NCBI GenBank assembly: GCA_964480125.1
Contig: CAYZNV010000003.1
Coordinates: forward strand, 3,201 to 67,200
From: an uncultured archaeon
GTDB taxonomy: Archaea; Iainarchaeota; Iainarchaeia; Iainarchaeales; VGJJ01
Length of the DNA: 64,000 nucleotides
Direction of reading: 5' to 3'
Shown here: one piece after another, positions 51,411 through 59,476 of the stretch
Layout of the letters: the number at the start of each line of letters is the position of its first letter
Numbering within the stretch: the first letter of the stretch is position 1
Notes under the pieces: generated by a model
The model's database searches: none
The model's input: the letters and a program-made list of their open reading frames with translations, nothing else
Told to the model about the DNA's origin: nothing
Position numbers and translations under genes: made by a program

Positions 51411-51476
51411 CAGGTATCGCAACGCGATACCTGTTCTCGCTGCAGCCAGCCGAAACTGGCTCGGCCGAAACAGGCC
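51411..51476 (-). repeat. Dispersed element with an extra leading hairpin
   Basis: Minus strand GGCCTGTTTCGGCC GA GCCAGT-TTCG-GCTGGC TGCAG CGAGAA CAGGTATCGC-GTT-GCGATACCTG. Confidence 0.9.
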
Positions 51477-51961
51477 TACTTCGTTCTCCATCCATCGTAC
51501 AACAATGGGACGCCGCTCACAATCGCGAGAACCGCGGACCCATACGTGCCGATGAGGCTGGGCATGAATGCGATCGCCAAAAATACAATGGCATTCAGCA
51601 CGCCGACTCCATAATAGAATTTCTCACGGGCTTTCCAGGTGTACCCGGTCGCAAGGAATCCGATTGCCATCAATAATGCCCAGAATCCCCATGCGGTGAA
51701 AAACAATGGAACGATTTTCATGACAGCGAGCCAGTGATAGATCATCCCCAGGACGGCGACGATAATCCATACCTTCACCACGTCCAACTTCATGGCATTG
51801 GGCATCCACTTAAGCATCGCAACCACTCCAATGATCGTCAAGACCGTCCATAAGATCATGGGCTGTGGGAAGTTAGGGTCCATGAGCAGGAACTGATAGA
51901 CACCATACCCAATAAAACAAATCAAACCCCATAAGAAAATACTCTTACCAATGTGATTCAT
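51476..51961 (-). CDS. Multi-pass membrane protein of unknown function
   Basis: About six hydrophobic segments; GGAGGGA SD. Confidence 0.8.
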   Translation of the reverse strand: MNHIGKSIFLWGLICFIGYGVYQFLLMDPNFPQPMILWTVLTIIGVVAMLKWMPNAMKLDVVKVWIIVAVLGMIYHWLAVMKIVPLFFTAWGFWALLMAIGFLATGYTWKAREKFYYGVGVLNAIVFLAIAFMPSLIGTYGSAVLAIVSGVPLLYDGWRTK

Positions 51962-52087
51962 GACATCCCTCCAATAGGATGATAGTAAGACGGCGAATTA
52001 CTCTTTATAGATGCATGCCATCCCGCGTGGCACGGCAGCATGCGAACCGGAATATACAATTAAAAGCACCCCCTCCATCCATTTGAG

Positions 52088-54616
52088 ATGCAATCCAAAA
52101 TCCATGCTACTCTTTTTTCCTTCATCCTCGTACTAGCAATGATTGGGACAATACCGAGTGCATGGGGTCTAGCCGAAGAGCCCCCAGCTGAACTCGATGA
52201 CACACTCGCGGATATAATCGAGGACGGGATTGCGGTCTCTTATACCACGCAAGCATGGTCTTCCCAGTACAATTTCCCCCAATCCTATTTCTCAGTGGAC
52301 GCGCTGGATTTCTATGATAATGCTATTGATTTTGGAGGAGTAGGATATTTCGCAATCGGCCTTTCTTATTTGCAGAACCCCCAGCTCGCAGACCTGGATA
52401 TCAATCAAAACACTCAGACTGAAATCCGAGCGCTTGCCGATCGCATGCTGCCATTCGTGTGGACTCCCGATGGAACGACGTGGGGAACGCACCACAAAGG
52501 AGTATTACCCAATGGAGTGACAACGAATGTGGTCACGGAATTGAAAGGAATCAATGGCACCAGCAACGCATGTAATGAATTGAGTATCAAATACAACGCA
52601 TGGGCCGTCCCTGAGAGCACGACGAATGCGCTTACCACATCCAACCTCGAATCCATCAGCGGAATCGGCACCCTATTCTTGTTGGCATCCACCACGAACA
52701 CGCCAAATACCACTGCATATCTCACTACGGCCAAAAACATGGGAGAACTTTTACTTTCGGCAATCATCACACCCGAAAGCGAATCATTCGGTATTCATCC
52801 CTCACAGCTCATCGACGATTACAATAATTCCATCCCCATTGGAATGATGCCGCGCGAATTCATCATCAAGACGGATAGCCCTGACACCCCATTGTGCAGC
52901 GATGGGGGCACCATCAAAATCCAGGAGAATGAAAAAACCCAATTAGCATTCACCGCACTTTTCTTCGACCGCTTGTTTCAGGCAACCGATGATGCACGAT
53001 TTGAGCGAGCAAAAGACTATCTCATCGACGGAATCCTTTCCCTGCAGGAATGCGATGGAAGTTTTCGCAATTACTCACGCTGGGAAGGACCGGGAAAGCG
53101 CGTCGTGACATGCACGCCGTCCGACGGGAGTGCGGAATACGAGCCCTATCCCTCTAATGCCACGCTCGCAGACACGCGCGGTCTTTTCTTGGACAATGCT
53201 ACTATCCTCTATTTGTTGCTCCAAGCCCAACCCACGATTTACTCTGATGATGCACGCTTCCGCAAGGCCGTACAATTCCTATTGGAACTCGAAGAAAAGG
53301 ATGGTGGAAATGGATACCGCACGAATGGGAGCCCATTGCGATATGCATCCTACTCCCTTCCTGAAAAGAGCGAGCCCCTGGCGCGATTGCTGATATCTAA
53401 TGTTTTCCTACGCTCTTCCTGCGAAGAAAGCGATTCATCCATCGAAGAAAGATTGCAATCAAAGGCATATTATCTGATGAACGCCAGCCAAGCCTATATC
53501 CAAACCGATATCGATTCCAAAATCAACAACGCAGTCGGACCCACTGTGGGCCCCCACTTCACTGCAATCGCTGCGACCGCGAATAGCTGGAAAATCATCA
53601 CCAAAGGATGCGCAGACTGCGTCGATGTGGATGGAGACGGGCACATTGATGGGGCGTGCGCTGGAGACACTGAGAAATACGATTGCAATGAAAATGACGC
53701 GAGTATTTTTCCCGGGGCCACAGAAGTATGCGATGAAGTCGACAATGATTGTGATGGAAAAGTGGATGATGGATTCGATGCCGATGATGATGGCGTAAGC
53801 ATTTGCGCCAACGACTGCAACGATAATGATGATAAAGTCTATCCAGGAGCACGCGAGCTATTGGATGAAAAGGATAATGACTGCAACGAAAAAACCGACG
53901 ACACTGGAATTTTGGTGCGTGTCATGGATGATTTGAATAATGGAATTCCAAATATCCAAGTCCATTTCACTGCACATGGGAATGCGTGCGTGAATTCATT
54001 CGCACTGCGCGTGGAAAACATTCCCTCGATTGTGCAGCAATGCAAAATAGAAGCCGAATGCACGACTGACCTGAATGGCTCCTGTCTCGGATTCTTCGAA
54101 AAAAATGGAGAATACGACGCCATCGCGGCAGTGGGAAATGAAGCCCTCTTTTCGGATGCCACTACATTCATCGTCGGAAACCGCATCAACCTCGATTTGC
54201 AGACCACTACTGGAATCAACGCAGCCACCCTTAACGGAAGCACCACTACTAGTGGAAGCCCAAAAAACTCCACAACACCCGATGAGGGAAGCTACCTCTT
54301 CATGGGGCTGCTAGTGATACTCCTCGTGGTCGGGGGAATCGGCGTCGCATTATTCTATCGCATGGGAAAAATACCCAAAATCACGCTCAACCTCGGAGGA
54401 AAAAATACTCCAACAAAAGCACCCACCAAGGGAAGCACTTCCCCTAGCAAAGCTGCACCCATTACAACTCCCACCCCAACAAAGAAAACAGATATGATTG
54501 TGGGGTTGAAGAAAGAAATGCCCATTGCCAGCACAACCAATTCCCCCACCCCACGCGAGCCCAACAAGCCCAAGTGGAAAGGCAATGATAGAACGATGCC
54601 GAAGGAATCGCAATAG
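52088..54616 (+). CDS. Large surface protein with MopE-like Cys/Asp repeats and C-terminal TM anchor
   Basis: Signal peptide; DCNENDASIFPGATEVCDEVDNDCDG-type repeats; TM plus Pro/Thr/Lys tail. Confidence 0.85.
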   Translation: MQSKIHATLFSFILVLAMIGTIPSAWGLAEEPPAELDDTLADIIEDGIAVSYTTQAWSSQYNFPQSYFSVDALDFYDNAIDFGGVGYFAIGLSYLQNPQLADLDINQNTQTEIRALADRMLPFVWTPDGTTWGTHHKGVLPNGVTTNVVTELKGINGTSNACNELSIKYNAWAVPESTTNALTTSNLESISGIGTLFLLASTTNTPNTTAYLTTAKNMGELLLSAIITPESESFGIHPSQLIDDYNNSIPIGMMPREFIIKTDSPDTPLCSDGGTIKIQENEKTQLAFTALFFDRLFQATDDARFERAKDYLIDGILSLQECDGSFRNYSRWEGPGKRVVTCTPSDGSAEYEPYPSNATLADTRGLFLDNATILYLLLQAQPTIYSDDARFRKAVQFLLELEEKDGGNGYRTNGSPLRYASYSLPEKSEPLARLLISNVFLRSSCEESDSSIEERLQSKAYYLMNASQAYIQTDIDSKINNAVGPTVGPHFTAIAATANSWKIITKGCADCVDVDGDGHIDGACAGDTEKYDCNENDASIFPGATEVCDEVDNDCDGKVDDGFDADDDGVSICANDCNDNDDKVYPGARELLDEKDNDCNEKTDDTGILVRVMDDLNNGIPNIQVHFTAHGNACVNSFALRVENIPSIVQQCKIEAECTTDLNGSCLGFFEKNGEYDAIAAVGNEALFSDATTFIVGNRINLDLQTTTGINAATLNGSTTTSGSPKNSTTPDEGSYLFMGLLVILLVVGGIGVALFYRMGKIPKITLNLGGKNTPTKAPTKGSTSPSKAAPITTPTPTKKTDMIVGLKKEMPIASTTNSPTPREPNKPKWKGNDRTMPKESQ

Positions 54617-54618
54617 CT

Positions 54619-54669
54619 GGCCAGTTTCGGCTGGCCGCAGCGAGAATGGGTGCTTTTTCAAAGCACCCA
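54619..54669 (+). repeat. Dispersed two-hairpin element
   Basis: GGCCAGT-TTCG-GCTGGCC GCAG CGAGAA TGGGTGCTTT-TTC-AAAGCACCCA just after TAG. Confidence 0.9.
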
Positions 54670-54680
54670 CTATTAAAAAA

Positions 54681-55952
54681 TTACTTTCCAAAGATTGCTT
54701 TCTTTCCAAGTGTTTCTTCGATGCGCAGCAATTGGTTGTACTTGTTCACGCGTTCGCTTCGCGAGAGAGCGCCAAACTTCACATAATTAGAATGCAATCC
54801 AACTGCAAAGTCCGCAAGGAACGAATCCTCACTTTCTCCGGCGCGCGCCGACACCAGCGTGGTCCATTTGGCTTCTTTGGCCATCGCATACGCTTGCATC
54901 GCCTCGGAAATCGTTCCAATTTGGTTGATCTTCAAATCCAATCCATTACAGGCCTTCAAATCCATCACGCGCTTCATGCGCATGGGATTGGAAACGAGCA
55001 AATCATCTCCCACAATGGGGTGAGTGGAGCCGATGCGCTGCATGGCACCCTGGAATCCCTGAATGTCGTCTTCGGAGAAGGGATCAATCAACACCGAAAT
55101 AGGGTATTGTGCCACCAAATTAGCATAATAGTTGATCAATTGTCGGTGCGTCAGCGCTTTATCCCCTAAATGATACGCGCCCTTCTTTGAAATGTGAGAT
55201 GCGGCCACGTTCAAGCCCATCTTGATCTGCTTTTCATAGCCCAATTGTTTTGCTGCTTCCATGACATGGTCCAGGGCAGTGTTCAGGTCGTTGACTGGAA
55301 CAGCAAACCCGCCTAATTCTCCCACGTTCACGGAAGTAGGCCCATACTTTTGGGCAAGGATTTGTTTGAGCGAATGATAAATTTCTTGCGTAATCTGCAA
55401 CGCATGCTCGACGGATTTTGCTTTGGTGGGTTCAACTAAAATTTCTTCCACCGGCAACTGATTCCCCGCGTGCTTGCCACCGTTGATGACATTCACAAGC
55501 GGCATGGGCAACTTGTAGAGTTTTTCCTTGCTCTGAGAGAGTTGAGAAACGTGCTCGTACACGGTTTGGTCTTGCAGCTGCGCGCCTAATTTGCAAATGG
55601 CCATTGAAACCGCGACCATGGCATTAGCGCCTAATTTATTTTTTTGCGGAGTGCCATCCAAATCAATCAGTGCTTTGTCGATTTCCTGTTGGGCGCAGGC
55701 ATTCATCCCCTGCAGTTCGCGGGCAATAGGACCATTGACATTCTTGACGGCCTTTGAAACCCCTAAACCCAAATAGGCCTTTTCTTCATCGCGCAAATCG
55801 TGGGCTTCATGTCTTCCTTTGCTGGTTCCAGCAGGGGCGATGGCGCGCGCCATCATTTGCCCTGAAATGGCCTCGACCTCAACGGTGGGCACGCCACGCG
55901 AATCAAATACCTGTCTGGCACGGATTTTTTCGACAGCAAACGGACTTTTCAT
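54681..55952 (-). CDS. eno: Enolase homologue with degenerate active site
   Basis: DSRG.PTVEV, LGANA, NGGKHA, KINQIG, RSER..KYNQLLRIEE; several catalytic residues altered. Confidence 0.92.
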   Translation of the reverse strand: MKSPFAVEKIRARQVFDSRGVPTVEVEAISGQMMARAIAPAGTSKGRHEAHDLRDEEKAYLGLGVSKAVKNVNGPIARELQGMNACAQQEIDKALIDLDGTPQKNKLGANAMVAVSMAICKLGAQLQDQTVYEHVSQLSQSKEKLYKLPMPLVNVINGGKHAGNQLPVEEILVEPTKAKSVEHALQITQEIYHSLKQILAQKYGPTSVNVGELGGFAVPVNDLNTALDHVMEAAKQLGYEKQIKMGLNVAASHISKKGAYHLGDKALTHRQLINYYANLVAQYPISVLIDPFSEDDIQGFQGAMQRIGSTHPIVGDDLLVSNPMRMKRVMDLKACNGLDLKINQIGTISEAMQAYAMAKEAKWTTLVSARAGESEDSFLADFAVGLHSNYVKFGALSRSERVNKYNQLLRIEETLGKKAIFGK

Positions 55953-56028
55953 GGTTTTTTACCCCTATCCCGGATAATGCTGGATACTATGCGCGGGAAA
56001 GATTAAAACCAGATGTATCGGCGCGGTA

Positions 56029-56481
56029 TTACTCTAATAACCTCGGCCCACGCTTTGGAGTCCGAAAGTTCAATATTGTCCTACGAGGACTTCCGCCATG
56101 CCTTAAACGGCTTTTTATCCGCTGCAGCCGGGCATATCTCATTTTGAGACGAACTGCATATTCTCTGATAAATCGCGCAACCGCTTCCAATGACGCCGTT
56201 GGTCGCCCGTGATTACGCGAACGAGCGGCCAGCCAGTTATCCATTTTATTTTTGAAAAAAAGATTCTCTCGTGCCTTCCTAAGTCCTTCTACTCCTTTTT
56301 GCTTGACTATTTCAGCTAATTGAAGTGAAAAATTATAATCCGCCTTCACGCGAAATTCCTTCATGCCTTTCGCATGCGCTGATTTTACAGCCCGATCCCG
56401 GCGGCTACGAATACGAGTCAAGCGCGAGCGACGAGATTGAACTATTTTCTTTCTGGATCGAAGTAATCGACGCTGGTTCAT
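56029..56481 (-). CDS. Highly Arg-rich orphan protein
   Basis: 150 aa ORF starting MNQRRLLRSRKK. Confidence 0.65.
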   Translation of the reverse strand: MNQRRLLRSRKKIVQSRRSRLTRIRSRRDRAVKSAHAKGMKEFRVKADYNFSLQLAEIVKQKGVEGLRKARENLFFKNKMDNWLAARSRNHGRPTASLEAVARFIREYAVRLKMRYARLQRIKSRLRHGGSPRRTILNFRTPKRGPRLLE

Positions 56482-56509
56482 TGAAAATCAATTCAAGAAA
56501 ATAGTCTGA

Positions 56510-57307
56510 CTATTTATGCTTGCTTTCTTCTGATGGTGAAGCGGATTCCGAAACGCCCTCAGCAGCATTCTTTTCCTTTATTTTCCGCAAATCAATGACT
56601 TTTTTCTGCAATGAAAATCCTTGGCCGCCAAAGAGCTCTTTGCTGATGGTGGTGACAACAAACTCATCCAGGCGCTTGTAATCAATCACGGGCGCGTTGC
56701 CTTCCAACAAAGGAAGCAACTCCTCCCAATTCAACCCAATGTGCCACAACCCTTCAATCCGTTCCGTGGCCAAGTGACCCTTACTGGTCAACGCGGACTC
56801 GATGAATGCCACATCGACTTTAGAAAAGCGGCGCGTATAGAAACCATCAAACCAATAATCATGACCCACAAACAAAACATTTTCCGGAGACACGTGGAGC
56901 TTTTCCATGAGCTGCAGTAATTGCACTTGGCGCGCGTATTCATCTTTGCATTCGGCATCGGAAACGCACTTGTGCTCATAAATGGTGCGATCCTCCGGCG
57001 TCATCTGTCGGATAAAAGCCTCATTGACCGCGAGCACATTTTTTCCTGGAGCAAAAGAAGGATCCGCGTCCTCGGAAAAAAAATCATCCAATCCAAACTC
57101 CTTGAGCTTTTTTTCTACTACCCCCAGCTTGAGCGCAGAAACACCAAAATAACGGAAACCTGAGTGGGATTTGGCATATTTTTGGAGGGATTTCAAAAAT
57201 TGCTGCACGCGCACCGCATCCACTGCGGAATTCACGGTTCCGGGAAAGAGAATGTCCTCGAGCAATAGCACTAAGACGGTTTTTTTGAGCGAAGAAGCCG
57301 CAGACAT
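56510..57307 (-). CDS. HAD-fold-like hypothetical protein
   Basis: PENVLFVGHD...D resembles HAD motif IV; motif I atypical (LLEDIL). Confidence 0.6.
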   Translation of the reverse strand: MSAASSLKKTVLVLLLEDILFPGTVNSAVDAVRVQQFLKSLQKYAKSHSGFRYFGVSALKLGVVEKKLKEFGLDDFFSEDADPSFAPGKNVLAVNEAFIRQMTPEDRTIYEHKCVSDAECKDEYARQVQLLQLMEKLHVSPENVLFVGHDYWFDGFYTRRFSKVDVAFIESALTSKGHLATERIEGLWHIGLNWEELLPLLEGNAPVIDYKRLDEFVVTTISKELFGGQGFSLQKKVIDLRKIKEKNAAEGVSESASPSEESKHK

Positions 57308-57419
57308 ACATGAAACGTGGAAATGAACGCTTAAAAACGCCTTGCGCGACGCACGGAATTGACTGTTTTGCGAAGTAAAAACACCTGTTTAAAACACTTT
57401 TTCATTATAATGAGTTAAT

Positions 57420-57650
57420 ATGAAGTGTGTGGTTTGCTCAAAAAAATCAACCGCCAACAACACCTTTGGCCTGCCCTCGTGCAAGGACCATTTGAATTTA
57501 CCCCTCGACCCACCCAAGTGCCCCGAGTGCGAAACCCCCATGGAATTACGCCATCGCAAGAACGGCGCATTCTGGGGATGCCCATCCTTCCCTAATTGTT
57601 TTGGCTCACGCAACCTCATCAAGCCCATGGAAGAAATGGATATTTTGTAA
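57420..57650 (+). CDS. Small protein with topoisomerase C4-type zinc finger
   Basis: CPECETPM..R...GAFWGCPSFPNC plus N-terminal CxxC. Confidence 0.85.
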   Translation: MKCVVCSKKSTANNTFGLPSCKDHLNLPLDPPKCPECETPMELRHRKNGAFWGCPSFPNCFGSRNLIKPMEEMDIL

Positions 57651-57702
57651 CGCCCATTTCGTAGGGCGAATCCGAATCCAGGTTCCATTGCGATGAAACC
57701 TG
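57651..57702 (+). repeat. Dispersed two-hairpin element
   Basis: CGCCC-ATTTCGTA-GGGCG AATC CGAATC CAGGTT..AACCTG directly after TAA. Confidence 0.75.
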
Positions 57703-57736
57703 TCCACTTTTGACGAACCTTTTTGTAAAAGATATT

Positions 57737-58435
57737 TCATTTATCTTCTTTTTCCTGCGTGGAGAGTTTTCGATCCTCTGCAGACTCATCCGCATCTTCT
57801 TCTTTGGCCTTTCCACTTCCGGGCAAATTCATCTTAGGCATGGAGGGAATGCGCTCTTTCAATTGCGAGAGATTCTGCAACGCCTGACTAATCCTTTCTC
57901 TTCGAGAAAGTTTCTTGGCCTGCGCGTCATGGAATTCTTTTAATTTCTTCAAACGATCCTCAATCACCGAATGCCAGTGATAATATTTGGAGATGGATTT
58001 TGAATCTAAATAAAATGAATCCACATCCATCAATTGCCCTGCAAACTTTTCTTTGAGTTCTTTTGAAAATAATGTATACTCTGAAAAGTCCCCATGCAAG
58101 GAATGCATCATCAACTGCGCCATGCGAATGCCTTCTCCTTCTCCAACAAACACCACAGAGGAATGCTCATGCGCCCACTGTGCGACTTTCTTAATGGTCG
58201 CAGGATTATGGGCTTTGATAAATGTCATGGCTTGAAAGTGCAACCCCAACTTTTGCAAATTAGGCAAGGCCATGAAGCGATCAATAAATTGTTCTTGCAC
58301 CAAACGCGAGCGAATGCGCGTAACCGTGGGCTGGGAAGTCTTGAGGCGCTGCGCCAATTCACGGTCGGAAAGCCGAGCATTCTTTGAAAGTTCCAAAAAG
58401 ACGGCGCGTTCCTTGCTGGAAAGAGAAGAACTCAT
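57737..58435 (-). CDS. Lrp/AsnC-family transcriptional regulator
   Basis: NARLSDRELAQRLKTSQPTVTRIRSRL wHTH, PNLQKLG linker. Confidence 0.88.
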   Translation of the reverse strand: MSSSLSSKERAVFLELSKNARLSDRELAQRLKTSQPTVTRIRSRLVQEQFIDRFMALPNLQKLGLHFQAMTFIKAHNPATIKKVAQWAHEHSSVVFVGEGEGIRMAQLMMHSLHGDFSEYTLFSKELKEKFAGQLMDVDSFYLDSKSISKYYHWHSVIEDRLKKLKEFHDAQAKKLSRRERISQALQNLSQLKERIPSMPKMNLPGSGKAKEEDADESAEDRKLSTQEKEDK

Positions 58436-58527
58436 ACCCCCAAGAGAGGGATTTGAGCATTTTAACGCTTTTCATCCATTCATCGAATCATCCTATATGC
58501 CCATAAAACGCCATTATGTCGACTCAT

Positions 58528-58567
58528 ACATGCATCAAATGAAAATTTTCAAGCAAAACATGCATCA
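58528..58567. promoter_or_regulatory. Two ACATGCATCA boxes 30 bp apart (candidate regulator sites)
   Basis: Exact 10-mer at 58528 and 58558, upstream of the Lrp-type gene. Confidence 0.45.
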
Positions 58568-58629
58568 TTCATTCAATTTACACCAGAAAGGGTTTTGGCA
58601 GACTTTTATACGTGAAATCACGTAAGAGT

Positions 58630-58860
58630 GCAGAGGTGGTTGACGAGACGGCGCTTGATTGAAACAAAACAAACGCGATCCAAACGTGGTTTGGGAGCAG
58701 GCTCACTCAGCTCGAAAGGGTTCATCAACGCTCCCAACCACCTTCCTTACACTTGCTTTTTGGCCCCAGAAAGCAAAACAGAAAGAATGCATAGCACCCC
58801 ATTTTCTCCTCCAACTCGGCCGGTCACGCCAACCCATGCGGGGCCGGCCACTCCTTCTTT
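58630..58860 (+). ncRNA. Candidate structured RNA
   Basis: TTTTATA at 58604-58610; GAGGTGGTTG/CAACCACCTT long-range stem, GAAA-loop hairpin, two further hairpins, pyrimidine tract. Confidence 0.4.
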
Positions 58861-58898
58861 TCGTTTGGCATTTATACTCAAACATCTTTCTGAAATGC

Positions 58899-59396
58899 AT
58901 GCCCAAACGCGTTCCACGAAAGCCAGGGCACCAGCCAGCAACATGGGAGCCAAAACTACGCGCACTTACCCCAAAGAAACGTGAAACAATACTCCAACTA
59001 ATCAATGGTGACCCAAGCATTTTACATTACGACAAAAATCAAAGAGGATACAAGGCGCTAGCAGAAAAATTACGACGATCCAAATTTTTTGGAAGAAAAA
59101 ACATGATCGAATTATTGACGCACGACATTGGGCTCGTGCCTTATGCAATGGGCCCAAACGGATTCAATCCCACTCACCCCACACCCGAATGGTTTGCGCG
59201 CAAAGTGCAACTTGCGATTGAACGCGGAGCATCACACGTACAAGTTGATTGGAGAAAAAATCCAAAACTAGCATATCTGCTCAACTATTCAGCAAAAAAT
59301 CAGCACTTTGGATACCACAGTTGGACGAAATTAGTGGAGGCTATTAAGGCCGGGACATTCCAACCAACTATTATTCGGCGCACTGGCACCCAATGA
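58899..59396 (+). CDS. Basic orphan protein (MPKRVPRKPG...)
   Basis: ATG 58899 with TTTATA at 58871; in frame with track ORF 58659..59396. Confidence 0.7.
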   Translation: MPKRVPRKPGHQPATWEPKLRALTPKKRETILQLINGDPSILHYDKNQRGYKALAEKLRRSKFFGRKNMIELLTHDIGLVPYAMGPNGFNPTHPTPEWFARKVQLAIERGASHVQVDWRKNPKLAYLLNYSAKNQHFGYHSWTKLVEAIKAGTFQPTIIRRTGTQ

Positions 59397-59476
59397 GTTT
59401 TAACCCTATCTTTGCGTTTCTCTTATAGTACGGATTCTCGTTGTTCCACCCAATACGTGCGTCCGCTCCCAACAAT

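Noticed and set aside
54525..55169. 214 aa plus-strand ORF and similar long antisense ORFs (e.g. 30823..31632)
   Set aside because: Shadow frames of well-supported genes (enolase, polX)
8889..57702. Dispersed element as SECIS or integron attC
   Set aside because: Upstream genes end in TAA/TAG with no sign of in-frame UGA; no RYYYAAC/GTTRRRY ends, no integrase, and copies follow core genes such as ftsZ
58628..58984. 118 aa ORF, and the TTG extension of ORF 58659
   Set aside because: No recognisable motifs; overlaps the structured region and the TATA box of ATG 58899
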